Shown here: positions 40,379 to 53,693 of the stretch, one piece after another
Position numbering within the stretch: position 1 is the stretch's first letter
Layout of the letters: every line of letters starts with the position of its first letter
NCBI RefSeq assembly: GCF_009914755.1
Contig: NC_060929.1
DNA: 64,000 bases
Direction: 5' to 3' (one strand)
Source: the human T2T-CHM13v2.0 reference genome, Homo sapiens
Notes under the pieces: model-generated
The model's input: the letters and a program-made list of their open reading frames with translations, nothing else
Database searches by the model: none
What the model was told of the DNA's origin: nothing
Translations under genes and position numbers: made by a program

Positions 40379-40876
40379 TTATATTCTATACCATTAAAGA
40401 ACTATTCCAACACTAAATTGAAACATCCATTTTACTAACCAAAAAGAAAAAAAATAAATATCTGGAATTAAAAGTATATATACATAAGTATTTTATAGAA
40501 ATGTTAAGACTTTATTGAAAGACAATAAGGAAGATGAAATGCATATCACATTCATAGATGGGATGATCCGAATTATAAATTTTCCCTAAATTATTTATAA
40601 ACTCAATATAGTCCCAATCATAACCACAAAGGGATTTTCCATGGAACTTGGTGAGCTAATTGTCAATCTATTTAGGAAAGCAAAGGCCCAATAACGGTCA
40701 TGACACAAAAGTGACCTCCACTGATATTAAGAATTGTTAAAATAATCTATTGTTAGTAAAACAATATAATGTTGGCACAGCAAAAGATAAACAGATCAAT
40801 GGAACAAAATAAACTCAGAACTGGGACAAGTGCTTATCTATAGGGAATAAAAATGAAAGGAAACCTCTAGGTTATG

Positions 40877-40878
<2 letters not shown>

Positions 40879-40927
<49 letters not shown>
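40879..40927 (+). repeat. (AC)n microsatellite, ~24 units
   Basis: Direct reading. Confidence 0.97.
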
Positions 40928-40929
<2 letters not shown>

Positions 40930-41350
40930 TTTCAGATGCATTGTGGTCTTAAATATGTAAGAAAAACATAGGTAAATAAGCCCATGACTTTAGGTTAAGG
41001 AAAGATTTCTTCAACAAAACATGTTTAAAAGTTAACTTATCAAAGAAAAAGATTATAATTATGACTACATTAAAATGAAGATTTCTGTTTAACCTAAAAC
41101 ACCATGTAGAGAAGGATAACTTTCAAATGGAAAAATCTTCACATACGAAGGCAAATGACTGGTTTCCAGAATATATGAAGAACCAGTCCAAATACATCAA
41201 GAGCAAACCTCCCTCCCAATAGAAAAATGGGAAAAGGCATGAATAGGCGTTTCACAGAAAAAACACTACCTCAAATGTCTAAAAGTCACATAATATGATT
41301 CACACTTCAGAAGCAATCAGGGAAATATCAAATGTTGGCAAGATGTGGAC

Positions 41351-41711
41351 TGATATGGTTTGGCTGTGCCCCCACCCAATCTCATCTTGAATTGTAGCTC
41401 CCATAATCCCCACATGTGATGGGAGGGACCCAGTGGGAGGTAACTGAATCATAGGAGCGAGTTTTTCCCATGCCCTACTCATGGTAGTGAGTAAATCTCA
41501 TGAGATCTGATGGTTTTATAAATGGGAGTTCCCCTGCACATGCTGTCTTCCTACTGCCATGCAAGGTGTGCCTTTGCTCCTCCTTTGCCTTCCACCATGA
41601 TTGTGAGGCCTCCCCAGCCATGTGGAACTGTGAGTCTATTAAAGCTTCTTCTTTATAAATTACCCAGTCTCGGGTATGTCTTTATGAGCAGCATAAGAAC
41701 AGACTAATACA
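41351..41711 (+). mobile_element. THE1C-like solo LTR
   Basis: tgatatggtttggctgtg...cagactaataca; TSD tggac/tggaa. Confidence 0.93.
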
Positions 41712-41969
41712 TGGAAAATGGGAACTCTCATTTAAAAGTGATTATAACTTAGTAAATTTGAACATACACACAACTTCTATGATCCAGAAAATTTTACTCC
41801 TACATATATTACCTACGGGAAATCTGGCATAGGGCCTTAAGGATATATAAGAATATTGATATCAGCATCATCTGTAATAGTAAGAAACTACAAACAACAA
41901 AAGAGGAGAAAAGCAAATGTGCTGTAGTTTCACAACAGAATGCCAAATTGCAGGGGGTATTAACTGGAG

Positions 41970-42127
41970 CTACACATTGGAAGTGGGTAGGAGGCTTTTA
42001 AAAATACCCATGACTAGGCCCTACAACAAGAGATAAGAATTTCATTGCTATTTGGTAGAACCAGGCATTAATAGTTTTGAAAATCTTCCCAGTTGATTCA
42101 AATGTACATTGATGTTGATTAACCACT
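41970..42127. mobile_element. MER5A-type DNA transposon
   Basis: ttaaaaataccca...cttcccagttgattcaaatgtaca...aaccactg. Confidence 0.6.
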
Positions 42128-42471
42128 GTTATACAACATTGTAAATGAAATAAAACTACACACACAATCATGAATGAGTCTCAAAAAAAAACAATTGAGA
42201 AAAGAAAATTTCTGAAAAATACAAAGATCTCATTTGTGTTAATCAAAAGAAATGGAAAAGAACTTCACGATGTATTGTTTACAGCTATGTACATATGTAA
42301 TAAAACTATAAAAAATGCTAAATAATAATATAAATATCAAAGAGTGCTTGTATCTGGTGAGAAGGAAGATGATGTAAGTAGGAAAGAATATACAAAGAAA
42401 TGCATTTTAAAAGCATTTTAAATTTTAAATGCATTTTAAATGAATTCCTTTTTTGTCATGAAAGTAGTGAT

Positions 42472-42660
42472 ATTTTAAAAATTTGACACATTGTAATTGT
42501 ACATATTTATGGGGTACAATTTAGTGTTTGAATACACATGTGTTATAAAATGATAAAATCACAGCATTTAGCATGACCATCATCTCATGCATTTATCATT
42601 TCTTTGTGGTAAGGATATTCAAAAGCTTCTCTTCTATTTTATAATACACCATATCTTGCT
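42472..42660 (-). mobile_element. L1MA 3'UTR fragment
   Basis: aattgtacatatttatggggtaca...catttatcatttctttgtggtaag. Confidence 0.75.
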
Positions 42661-42984
42661 TAATGTCTTACTTCTGAAGATAATAGTGGTTACTTAGGGA
42701 TGTGCGTGAATGCTTACCCTTCATTAAATTATGTTTCTAGATATTCTTTAGCATATATAAATGCTTTAAGTTATTTGTAAGGTTAATAAAAACATAATGA
42801 GAAGCTCCTAGAATCAGTGTTAACAATGAAGAACCAGATTTGAAAAACTGGCAGAAATTCTGGAAGTCTTGTCTACTGAGAACACACGTGACTGGACACT
42901 GAACGTTGCTCAGTAATCACTGCCAGGATAAAGTCTCCATTGACCATCATGCAATTTTGTATCTTTCTCTGTCTCTCCATACTA

Positions 42985-42986
<2 letters not shown>

Positions 42987-43015
<29 letters not shown>
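42987..43015 (+). repeat. (CA)n microsatellite
   Basis: Direct reading. Confidence 0.95.
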
Positions 43016-43019
<4 letters not shown>

Positions 43020-46000
43020 ATCTGAAATCTGACATGCTTATTGCACTGTTACAAGCAGTCTGGGAAACATAAATATCTTTTCAGCTTCAGCAGTGGCAAC
43101 TGGGCCCTGCCAATATCCCCCAGGCCATCAGGCAACCCTGCTTGATATATAGGCTTATTGAAACTTCAAATAGTTAAGGAATTTGTCTAGTGAATGACAG
43201 AATTCAGGCACCACATTTCCTCACTTGTACCTCTGTGTTTCCTGGCAAGAGGATCATTTGGTAAACCTAGGGGTAGAAGCCAAAGAAGAAAAAAGGCTTG
43301 CTTGGTTTTTCTTTGTCTTTCACGGAAAAACATCTTTTCATTAGAGCAAAAGACCTGTTTCTTTAAGGAGCAACTTCTACTCCTACATTCACATCTTAAA
43401 CCAACCCCCGACACATACACATACAGGTGCATGCACACATTTATTTATTGGTTTTGTTTGGTGGGTTGATAGTTTTTATCTTTTCTCTGCCACTATAGAG
43501 ACATAGCCTTTGGGATACTATTATGTGAAAACATCAGTTTCTTATTTATAATGTTACTTTATATGTACACATTTGAAATTTCAGCAATCATGAAAAACAG
43601 AATCCTTTGTATTCTGTATTATGCAGTGTAATATGCATATATACATGTATCTATGTGTGTGTGTAGTTACACATATATACACACGTGTGTTATTGGCTCA
43701 CATTATTGGGCACAAAGTGGTCACCAGTAACTTCTATGGGAGTGTTATCTTGGTGATGGCAGTGAGGTTATCTAGTAAGTATTGTCAGGCTGTAAAAATT
43801 GTGTTTTCCTCAACATGAACATGTACGTGGGAGTGCTGGTCCCAGAGAAGAAGAGGCAGAAGGAGCATACGCTTGAGTTAGGGAATGGCAGCAACCCACA
43901 GCCTTGGCCTGATTTTTTCTGAGTACCAGGGAAGGAAGCCAAAGCCTTGAGTGGAAATCAATTGCTAAAGTCTCCTGAAACTCAAACTGTACTACAGAAA
44001 AATTCATGAGCAAAGACTAATACTTTGTAAAAAGGAACCCGAATCATGACACCAGCATCTTAGTGCAGACAGCTTAGTGAGATGGGAACAATTCGGGCCA
44101 CATAAAGAAGCATGTTCATGGTCTGTTCTTATCCCCATGAGCTCACAAATGCTCATCACCAGCTCCCCAGAAAGAAGCTTAACAAAGTCAATAGAACTGA
44201 CTGCACAGCTTTTGTGTTCCATTGTGCATAAATATGGGCGATAAGGGTGCAGTGTTCAAGGAGAGTGTGAAAAAGCCATTACACATCACAGGAGCAAAGT
44301 CTCTTAAAGTGGATTATATTTAATTAGACACAGACATAATAAATAGGCCTTTCTGCTGAGGGTCAATTTAACATCTCTCCACTTAGACTCTGCAACAAAT
44401 AACCTTTTCAGTCACATAACAGCTAAAACCAAAGCGCATCCTTATTTATGACAATTTCAGAAAGAAAAACTGCACAATATTGGAGTTGTATACACAAGTA
44501 AATAAATTGCATTTGAAGCTAACGTCCCTGGAAATATTTTCAAAATAAATGGAAAAATCAATATTTAAAAAATATTTTCTAAAGAAGGTAATGTAACAAC
44601 CAGTTATAACAAGTATATTTCAGTTTCTCATTTTTAAAAATTAAAACTGTCACAAGGTAATTTTCTACATAGATATATATCTATAGCAAACTGAAATATA
44701 CATAAAGCTGTATGTATATTGTACCATTTTGATAGGATCCTAGAAGACTTCATTTGGATAAAAGAATGTCTTCAGTTAAAATAACACTTTTCTTTAAATT
44801 ACAAAATATAATTGAAACAAAAATCAGAACATATTCACCTTGAGTTCACTTCCGCTTAGCCCGAATATAAATGTGTAAATCTCATTAAATATGTTTTACA
44901 TATAAACTGAAATTCAGTGTGAATTCATAATGTTTTAAAACTACAATGCTTGTGAGTCTTCCTCACAAATATGGTTTGACTTTCACTGAATTGGTGAAGA
45001 GATAAAGGAGAGAACTCACCCTACCCCGTATCTAATTATTTTCAGCAGCCCTGCAGGCGTGTGGCCCAGGAAAATCACAGCAGAGAGGCAGAAAATGAAG
45101 TTATACAGACTTGCTCCATCTCACCTGTGCACTGTAGTGAAACATGCTTAGCTGCGTCCCTTCTGGACCCTTACAAAGTAGAGTTGTCTGCTACCTGCTG
45201 TGAAGGTCAGCATTTGCTGCTACTCTAGAACATAAGCCCAGCCTTGTTGAAAGTCAAGAGTCGGCCAGTGTCTTATTCATCTATTTCGCAAATAACTCAT
45301 TGGGTAAGGTAAGGCTGTGAGTGAGTCTAGGTATGGATGGATGAATCAAACCAGAATAGCTCATTCCTTCCTAGCAGAGAAGAAAAGAGCTGACTGTATT
45401 ATATAATTCTGAAAATTCTGTGCAGTCAGTTCTAAAATTACCTAAGAGAGAGCAGCTTTTATATTACATTTTATATGTGAAATACATGCCAAAAGAGGAA
45501 GCAATGACAGAAGGGTGAGACTAGAAGACCCACAGGGTAACCAAGGCATAGTGAGTACAGGAAAGATGGGAGACAGTAGACAGATAGGCAAGAAATCAAG
45601 TCACAGAACCTGAGGCTGAGGTGCCACCTCTTGCCAGTGTGTTCTAGTCAATAGTGCAGGCTATCATAAGTGTCTGTTACCAACACTAGTTAAAATTTGT
45701 GAATGACTGACATTTAAATTGAAAGCAGACTTCAGTGAATACCTAAAATCTCTTTAATGGACAGCACATTTGGTTGCCCTGTCTCGAAGAGGGAAAAATG
45801 GACCCACTGAGAATTGCCAATAGGGGACTGTTCCTCAAAAGTGCATCTGTCATGGGCACTCCATGGAGAAAAACGTTGAGAACTGCTACTTTGCACAACA
45901 TATACTCTGCCCAGGGCCCTCATGAACTGCTTGCTTATCCTGATATATAACCCCAGAGAGTTGAATTCACGTAGAACTCTATATATGTTTACGGGCTATA

Positions 46001-47264
46001 GAAGCCACTACACAAACATATGCTGAACCTAGGTAACCATATGCATGTCCACATAATCCTTCAAAATGCATTTCATATGTCAATTCTGGGTGGGAAAAGG
46101 GCTATGGGAAGACAGAAGTAAGGTGTCTAAGAAGACAGAAATGTGGAAAGAATAAAATGCAAAGGACCTTAAGGTGATTCAAAGTCAGGCTCAATAGCCT
46201 AAAAGGCATGAACAGAGACAGCACATGAGCCTATTAGTGTAAGCCTTTACTAGAGCCTCATGGTACCCTTTGATGCCATGTGCTATAAGAAAATTTGGTT
46301 AAAGCAAAACTAAAGGTGTCTCTCCATAGGACTTGCAGATTTGGGGCAGATATGAAAGATGGGAAAAGTAAAAGACACCAATCTGCCCTATCTAGAGGTT
46401 TCACATCTTTGGGGAAGCAAAACTCTTATTACACAGGGAATGTGAATCTTTAGAAACACCCATGAATGCCTATGAAAACGGGATGGGAGATTCTAGGTAG
46501 AGCACTCTTCCAGGAAAAAGAGAGTGATAGGGCCAGGAAAGAAAGTAGGGTACAATTAAAAAGGTGGGGGTTATGAGGGAAGGATGCTAAACCAGCCAAT
46601 GAGAATCTTAAGACACTCCCCGGCTCAAGGTCCCAAGGAGTTGTTAATGACTTGGTGGGTTATCTGTGCTTGACATAGTCATTGTCAAAAAGGTAACTGG
46701 AGAGAACAGTAATTAATCAAAATAAAGTACACTTGAGTGGTACAATTTAAGGCATGGTGGCTCCTGAGACAAATTTAAATGGACAGAATTCTTTCCAATT
46801 TGAGAGCTCCAGGCTGACAATTACCAACCCTCATTATACTTTCATTTACTTTCTTCCCTTCCAATTGTTTTGTTTTTGTAGTTGTTCTCATCAAAGGTCC
46901 AATTTCTCTGGATTCATTCTAATTCCTCTGTTCATTACCATTTCTATCACTCTATCGAGAGATTTTAAGGCTTAGCAGCTATTTCCTTATATCAATTTTC
47001 TACATCAGTTTTTGGCGTGAGAAGGCAGACAGCAGAGAAACCTAATAACATGAGATTGACTTATAGCTGAATGTTGAAATGGTTTACTTGAACACTGGCC
47101 ACTTTTGTCATCATTGAAAGGTCACACAAAAAAAAACACATTTTAATTTATTACAAGGGGAAAAGCCTGCTGGCACTGACTCATTCTGGAAAGCTATACC
47201 TGTCCAGCAGTTCCAAGGAGTTTGGCAAAACAGAGGGTTCAGGGAAAAGGAGGTCAGATTCCAG

Positions 47265-47780
47265 ATCAGAAAGGACTCTTAGTTGTAAATAAGTTTCTCA
47301 CTAGTTTCGCTAGTAGACAGAAATTTATTAAGCAATATAGGTAGCACACAGACCTTTCAGGAGGATCAAGAACTACCCTTGGACACTGTACAGCTAGGTT
47401 ACATGCCCAAGTCCCACTGGCAGGTGGCTGCAGTAAAATCTGGTTGCTGCAATCAGTGGCAGGGACACTTGAGCTTGCATTATTGATGCTGGGTGGGAAT
47501 CCTCTGTGAGGACTGCTCCAATGGCCAACATGAAAAGAGAGTATCTCTGCCACACGGATTTCTACTTTTGCAGCTCTCTTGCAAAATGAAATTTTGGTCA
47601 GATACATGTGGATGATGAAGCTGAGGTCATATGCTAAGCTCCAGCTGAAAAGGAAGTGGGAAAGTGAGTTCCCAGCTTATATCTTGAGGACGTGGGACTC
47701 TTAAGATGGAAAATTCTCACATATGAGAAACATTCAAGAGATGCTAGGTATCTAAAACTATATACTAAATGTCCACTACA
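47265..47780 (-). mobile_element. Old MLT1 (K/L/N-type) LTR
   Basis: ggactcttagttgtaaat...gaagctgaggtcatatgc...ctccagctgaaaagg...aaatgtccactaca. Confidence 0.55.
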
Positions 47781-47912
47781 GTAGGAGACTTTAGATAACT
47801 CAAGGTCTTTAAATACTAATAAAAAAATATCAAAGAGTGTATCACATGTCTGTGCTTACCATCACTAATTGGTTTCTCTGAGAGAACAGTATGCATATTG
47901 TTATATTATGAT

Positions 47913-47980
47913 TGTGTGTGTGTGTGTGTGTGTACATATGTGTGTGGGTGGGTAGATAGAGAGAGAAAGAGAGAGAGAGA
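47913..47980 (+). repeat. (TG)n/(GA)n compound microsatellite
   Basis: Direct reading. Confidence 0.9.
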
Positions 47981-47984
47981 GGTT

Positions 47985-48852
47985 TTCATTCCATGGTTCC
48001 TGGCTTATAACTCCCACAACCCTTGGTACAAGGGGTGCTTTAGGCCTCAGGAACAGGCTTCAGGAACCAGAATCTCTCCCTCTCTCTCCCTCCTGTCCCT
48101 CTTTCACCTGCCCACCTTCTTTAATCTGATTGTGGGTCAACAGACCTTCATTCCAGAGAGAGTTTTGCCCCACACCCTAGAGGAAGGAATGCTTCACAGA
48201 CAGGACAAGAAAAACCTGAACAGATGGGCCTTGCTGGGTTTAGATCATGTGATTTTTGCCTAATCACACTTTCACATGGTCATCAATCGAGCCTATGTAA
48301 TGAAGCCTCTGTGAAAACCCCAAGAGGACAGCGTCAGAGAGCTTCCAGATAGCTGAGCATGTGGACCTACCTGGAGGGTGGTGCACCCAAGGAGGGCATG
48401 CAAGCTCTGCTCTCCTTCCCCCATACCTCACCTTATGCATCTCTTCACCTGTATCCTTTGTGACATCCTTTATAATAAACCAGTAAACATGTTTCCCTGA
48501 GTTCTGTGAGCCACCCCAGCAAATTAACTGAACCCAAAGAAGGGGTCATGGGGACTACAACTTGAAGCTCATTAGTCAGAAGTTCTACAGGCCCATATTT
48601 GCTACTGGTGTCTGAAGGTAGGGGGAACAGTCTTGGAAACAATGCTATCAACCTGTGGGATCTGACACTATCACCAGGCAGATAGTGCCAAAATTAAATT
48701 GGAGGACACCCAGCTGGTGGTGCCCACTGCTTGGTGTGTGGGGGAAAAAAACCCACACCTTTGGTCAGAGAAGTCCACTTGTGTGTTGATGATTGCTATG
48801 GTGGTGTGAGGGCAGAGGAAAAACACAGATTGAGAGAGCTTTTTCCTCAACA
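47985..48852 (+). mobile_element. MER21A-type LTR
   Basis: gcctatgtaatgaagcct...gagagcttccagatagctga...cctttataataaaccagtaaa...ctgagttctgtgagcc...ggtcagagaag. Confidence 0.85.
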
Positions 48853-49249
48853 CATATACATGATGAAATATATGCATATATTCTAGTACCCAGTAACAAC
48901 GAAACTGGTCATCTCAGAACTCCTGCTTCTTTTAAAGCTATAACTAGGCTTACAGATCCTCTGATTCAGCTACTTCACCTGATTAGTGTGTGGAGACTGG
49001 ATGAATTGGCAGAGATCACCCAAATAATCAGTGGCAGAACTGGAACGATGCAATTATACGTGCTCAACACGACTTTCATATTTGCATTTCCTGGGAAATC
49101 ATTGCTGGTTGAATCAGTCTGCCTATTAGAGTCTATTTTCATTTCCATCAGCTCTAGAATTCCAAAATATCCGTTACTTGGATGAATATCCTGCTCAAAC
49201 CTACCTTTAGCTATACTATTTGCCCCTTGTATGAATAGTTCTTTCTCCA

Positions 49250-49590
49250 ACCAAGTATGATCTGTGCTAGGCCCCAAATTGTCCACACACTGCTATGCTT
49301 TTGAACTATCACTTGTGCTGTTCCCTCTGGCTAGAATATTCTTCCACATTTTCTGATTGAAAATAGTCTACTAGTTCTTGGAAGGTAAATCAAGTACAAC
49401 CTTATGTCTATTCCAACACACCAGACCCAGCTTAGTAAAAATTTGTGTGTTACATTGTATCACTATCATTAATTTACACATACGCCTCCTTCAAAGTATG
49501 AGTAACATTGCCTTCTTTGAATCCCTAGTAACTAAAATAGTGTTTTATTTGTAGGGTCCTATGAATGTTTGATGAATGAGTGATGCTATC
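49250..49590 (+). mobile_element. L2 3' region
   Basis: tgctgttccctctggctagaat...ctttgaatccctagt...atgaatgtttgatgaatgagtg. Confidence 0.6.
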
Positions 49591-50609
49591 CCTTAGGTTC
49601 ATACTGAATGTGAAACACCCTCAGAACAAGACTCTGGATACTATGGAAATACATTAATATTAAATATATTGTGAATGTGATTTTGGAAACATCTTTTTTA
49701 CTGACCTATTGACATGTCAAGGATTATTAGAATAAGCTTTCAATGTACTTAATTTTGGGGGATATCTTAATTTAAGGCTCCCTTTTAAACATTGCCAATA
49801 GTATTGGTTGAAAAATTAAAATATAGTTTATCATGTGAATTTGAGTTCTCTCAAGGCTATATTCTAGTTTATTTTTTGAATAAAACTAGTATATATTCGA
49901 AACTCTTGTAGTGGGAATCCAGACATGTATTGTTAAACTGAGGTTTTGTATCCAGGATGTGGATGAGCGAAACGAATGTGTCAGTGGTGCAAGCCTTTGA
50001 TATAATCTTAATTGGAGAAATTGCCGAGTCAACCTTTCCATTCCAGTTTGACTCTATAATTATATTGCAAAATACAAGGGATTCAATTTCCTAGGCCAAA
50101 TTAATACTATAAAGAAAGTGACTGATGGAGATGCAAGATGGCTGACTAGAGGCAGCTAGGGTACACCACTCTCACAGAGAGGAAACAAAGTGGTGAGTAA
50201 ATAGCAGCTATTCAAAAGGAATCATCTAAGGGACCAGTCAGGATTCGCAGAGGAAGTGAGAGGACCCACAGAGAACAGAGAGGAGCCAAACTGGGCAATG
50301 GTGCATTGGGGTCTGAAGTGGAGCTAGAAGCTCCCTGGCACAGGCAAAGGGTGAGTGAATGCAGATTCCCAGGGGATCCACACCTCACACACAGATCTTT
50401 GCAATCCTGGGAATGGGAGAAGCCCCTAACCTCCCCCTACCATCCCCTGGGCATCCAGATGGACACAGAGAACCTCCTGGAGTTTTTGCAGAGGCAGGGC
50501 TGATGCACACGTGGAGCTCTACAGGCTCAAATCCCAGAGCAGCCCTGCGCCAGCTGCCATAGCCCTGATAGCAGCTGCAGCAGGGGTGAGGAAGAGCAGT
50601 CAGACTGCC

Positions 50610-50970
50610 CCTGCTCCTCTATGCCAGGCAAGGCTCAGCTCTGGCATCCAGCACAACAGCCCCACCCCTGCCTGAATTCCATGGGTGGGCACAACCCTGT
50701 GTTCCCCTGACTACCTATAGAGCAGACCATGCTCTACTGCTCCAAGCCAGGCAAAGCCAGCTATTCTGGCTTCCAGTGCAGCGAGCCCACTCCCACCTGA
50801 ACTCTGCGGGCTGGCACAGTTCTGTTTCCCTGGAAAATGCCTGGCCGGCAGACCATAGACCTCCACCTCAGCTGCTTCAAGCCAGGCAAGGCTCTGCTCA
50901 GGCTTCTAGCACAGAGTCCCTGCCCCAGCCTGAACACTGCAGTGGGTCACAGCTCTACATTCCTCTGGGA
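50610..50970 (+). repeat. ~125-135 bp tandem units x3 in the L1 5'UTR
   Basis: gccaggcaa at 50623, 50746 and 50881, each followed by cctgaa...g(g/t)caca. Confidence 0.8.
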
Positions 50971-53351
50971 CAAGACTCCCAATGGTAATAGACAATGCTT
51001 GGCACCTTCATGTGCCCCCAACAGTGAAGTTCAGCATTGTTTGAATGGGAAGGAAGTGCAAGGGTGCCACATGCCCCACAGCCACCAGTCTCCATTGCCC
51101 CAGCTGAGGGCCCCACCCTCTCCAATGAAAGGCCCACAGCACAGCTGCCCTGCCCACACCCGAACATTTTACCTGTGGCCTAGGGCCCTTCTGAAAACCC
51201 AACCCCCACAGTCCTGTGCTATTCTCTCCAACTCCCACCACCTAAGCGTTCTACCTGCTCCTGCCAGAGAGTTTGGTGACCCAGGGACCAGCACCTGAAC
51301 TCTGGGCCAGCCCAACTCCAGTCGAGCCCTTTCAGGACTCACACATGCTGTCCAGCAGGCCATCTAGGAGCTTAGGAACTGGGGAACTACCCCATCCCAA
51401 CTCTGCTGGCACCTGACCACTTCCCTCAGGGCCTGAGGTCAGACCAACCCAACTGGCTGACACCAACATGACCAACACCAACTCACATGAGCCCAAAGGT
51501 GGAGCCAGCTCCTTTGCAAGAAGTAGCAGCACTGTCACATCAGAACAGGCAAGCCTTAAAGTTATCTGTATCAGGTCAAGTGATGAAGTTATGCCCTGAA
51601 ATCAGTCCCACAGAGAGTTACAAAACAGGCATTCCTCATAGGTCTCAACCACATTTCAATCTAGAGATACACTACAGTGTGTATCTCAACTAGGAGTCAT
51701 AAGCCCTGGAACATGGGTGTGACAGAGAAACAGAGTACGTTCTTGCCTATCTAGGATGGAGAACCAGTGCAGCCTCTCACCCCCCCACCACACAGAAACC
51801 CCAGTGTACTTCACCAGGAACTCCTCCCAACCACCCTTACCAGGACTGGAGCCTGTGCTTGCCATTGGGATATTCATGAGCAAGCCAGAGTTTCCACCTA
51901 TGCCCAGCTGTGTCCCACCACCCTGGTAGAACAGGAAGCTCAGAACACCAGGCACCCCACTGTCCAGTTCTTCACCTGAAACAACAAAGAGCACCTCACA
52001 GTAAACAAAAATCAAGTTCATAACTACCTGTTTTTGTGTGGCAGCTAGATTTTTACCTGCAACTGCCATCCATTGGCCTGTAGGTCAAACCCCAAAACCC
52101 AATACAAAATCTGCTGACAGAAGAGCATAGGACTGTAGAAGCAAGTCAAAAGACCCTATCCAACACAACCCTCTCCATATGAGAAGGAACCAGTGTAAGA
52201 ATTCTGCCACCATAAAAAATCTGAATGTTGTAACAACAACAAAGGCTCACTCTAGCTCTCCAGCAATGGTCTCAAAATGGAGGCACAAAGATGGTAGATG
52301 GAGAAATCAAAGCATGGGTTGCAGGCAAACTCAATGAGATCCAAGGTTGAAATCAACAAAAAGAAATCTGTAAAGCAATCCAGGAAACAAAAGAAGAGGT
52401 AAACATCTTTAAAAAGATCAATCAGAGCTATTAAAACTGAAAAACTTAAGAGATTTCAAAATACAATTGAGAGCTTTATCAATAGAGTGGACCAAGCAGA
52501 AGGAAGAGTTCCTGGGACTAATGATCAATCTTTCAAGGAAACCCAATCAGACCAATAAAAACAATTTTAAAAAGTCTTTGAGAAACACAGGATTATGTAA
52601 AGTGACCAAACCTACAAATTACTGGCATTCCTTAGAGAGAAAGAGCAAAAGTAAACAATTTGGAAAACATATTTGAGGGAATAATTCAAGAAAATTTCTT
52701 GAATCTTGCTAAAGAGGTAGACATCCAGATACAAGAAATCCAGTGAATACCTGCTAGATACTATACAAAACAAGCGTCATCAAGGCATATACTCACCAGA
52801 CTGTCTAAGGTCAATGCTAAAGAAAAAACCTTAAAGGGAGCTGAGAAAAAGGTCAGATTACATACAAAAGAAACAACATCAGGCTAACAGTGGACTTCTC
52901 AGCAGAAATCCTACAACCCAAAAGAGACTGAGGGCCTGTTTTTAGCATTATCAAAAAAAAGAAACACCAACCACGAATTTTGTACCCTGCCAAACTAAGC
53001 TTCATAAGCAAAGGTGAAATAAAATATCTTGCAGACAAGAAATTGCTAAAGGAATGCATTACCACTAGACCAATCTTATAAAAGATTTTTAAAGGAGTTC
53101 TAAACACAGAGGCAAAAGAATATTGGCTTCCACAAAACCATACCTAAGTACACAGCCCACAGAACTCTAAAGAGACTACACAATAGGAACTATAAAACAA
53201 TCAGTTAATAACTTTGAGATAGGATCAAACCTCAGATTTCAGTATTAACCTTGAATATCAATGGTCTTAACACCCCATTTAAAAGGCACAGAATTGCAAG
53301 TTAGTTTTCTTTTTGTTGTTTTTGTTTGTTTGTTTTAAAAAAGCAAGACCC

Positions 53352-53693
<342 letters not shown>

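Larger units (their letters stand above)
40380..42410 (+). mobile_element. Old L1ME-type ORF2/3' region, split by (CA)n, THE1 and MER5
   Basis: ccctaaattatttataaactcaat; gatcaatggaacaaaata; ggcatgaataggcgtttcacagaa; tatgatccagaaaattttactcct. Confidence 0.6.

Noticed and set aside
45010-45200. Minus-strand donor-like motifs (agggtgagt, caggtgaga) in unique DNA
   Set aside because: No convincing acceptor or recognisable coding frame; such motifs are common by chance
50306-52069. Many overlapping ORFs in a GC-richer block (possible promoter or CpG island)
   Set aside because: L1 5'UTR; CpG-depleted, and the ORFs reflect the low stop-codon frequency
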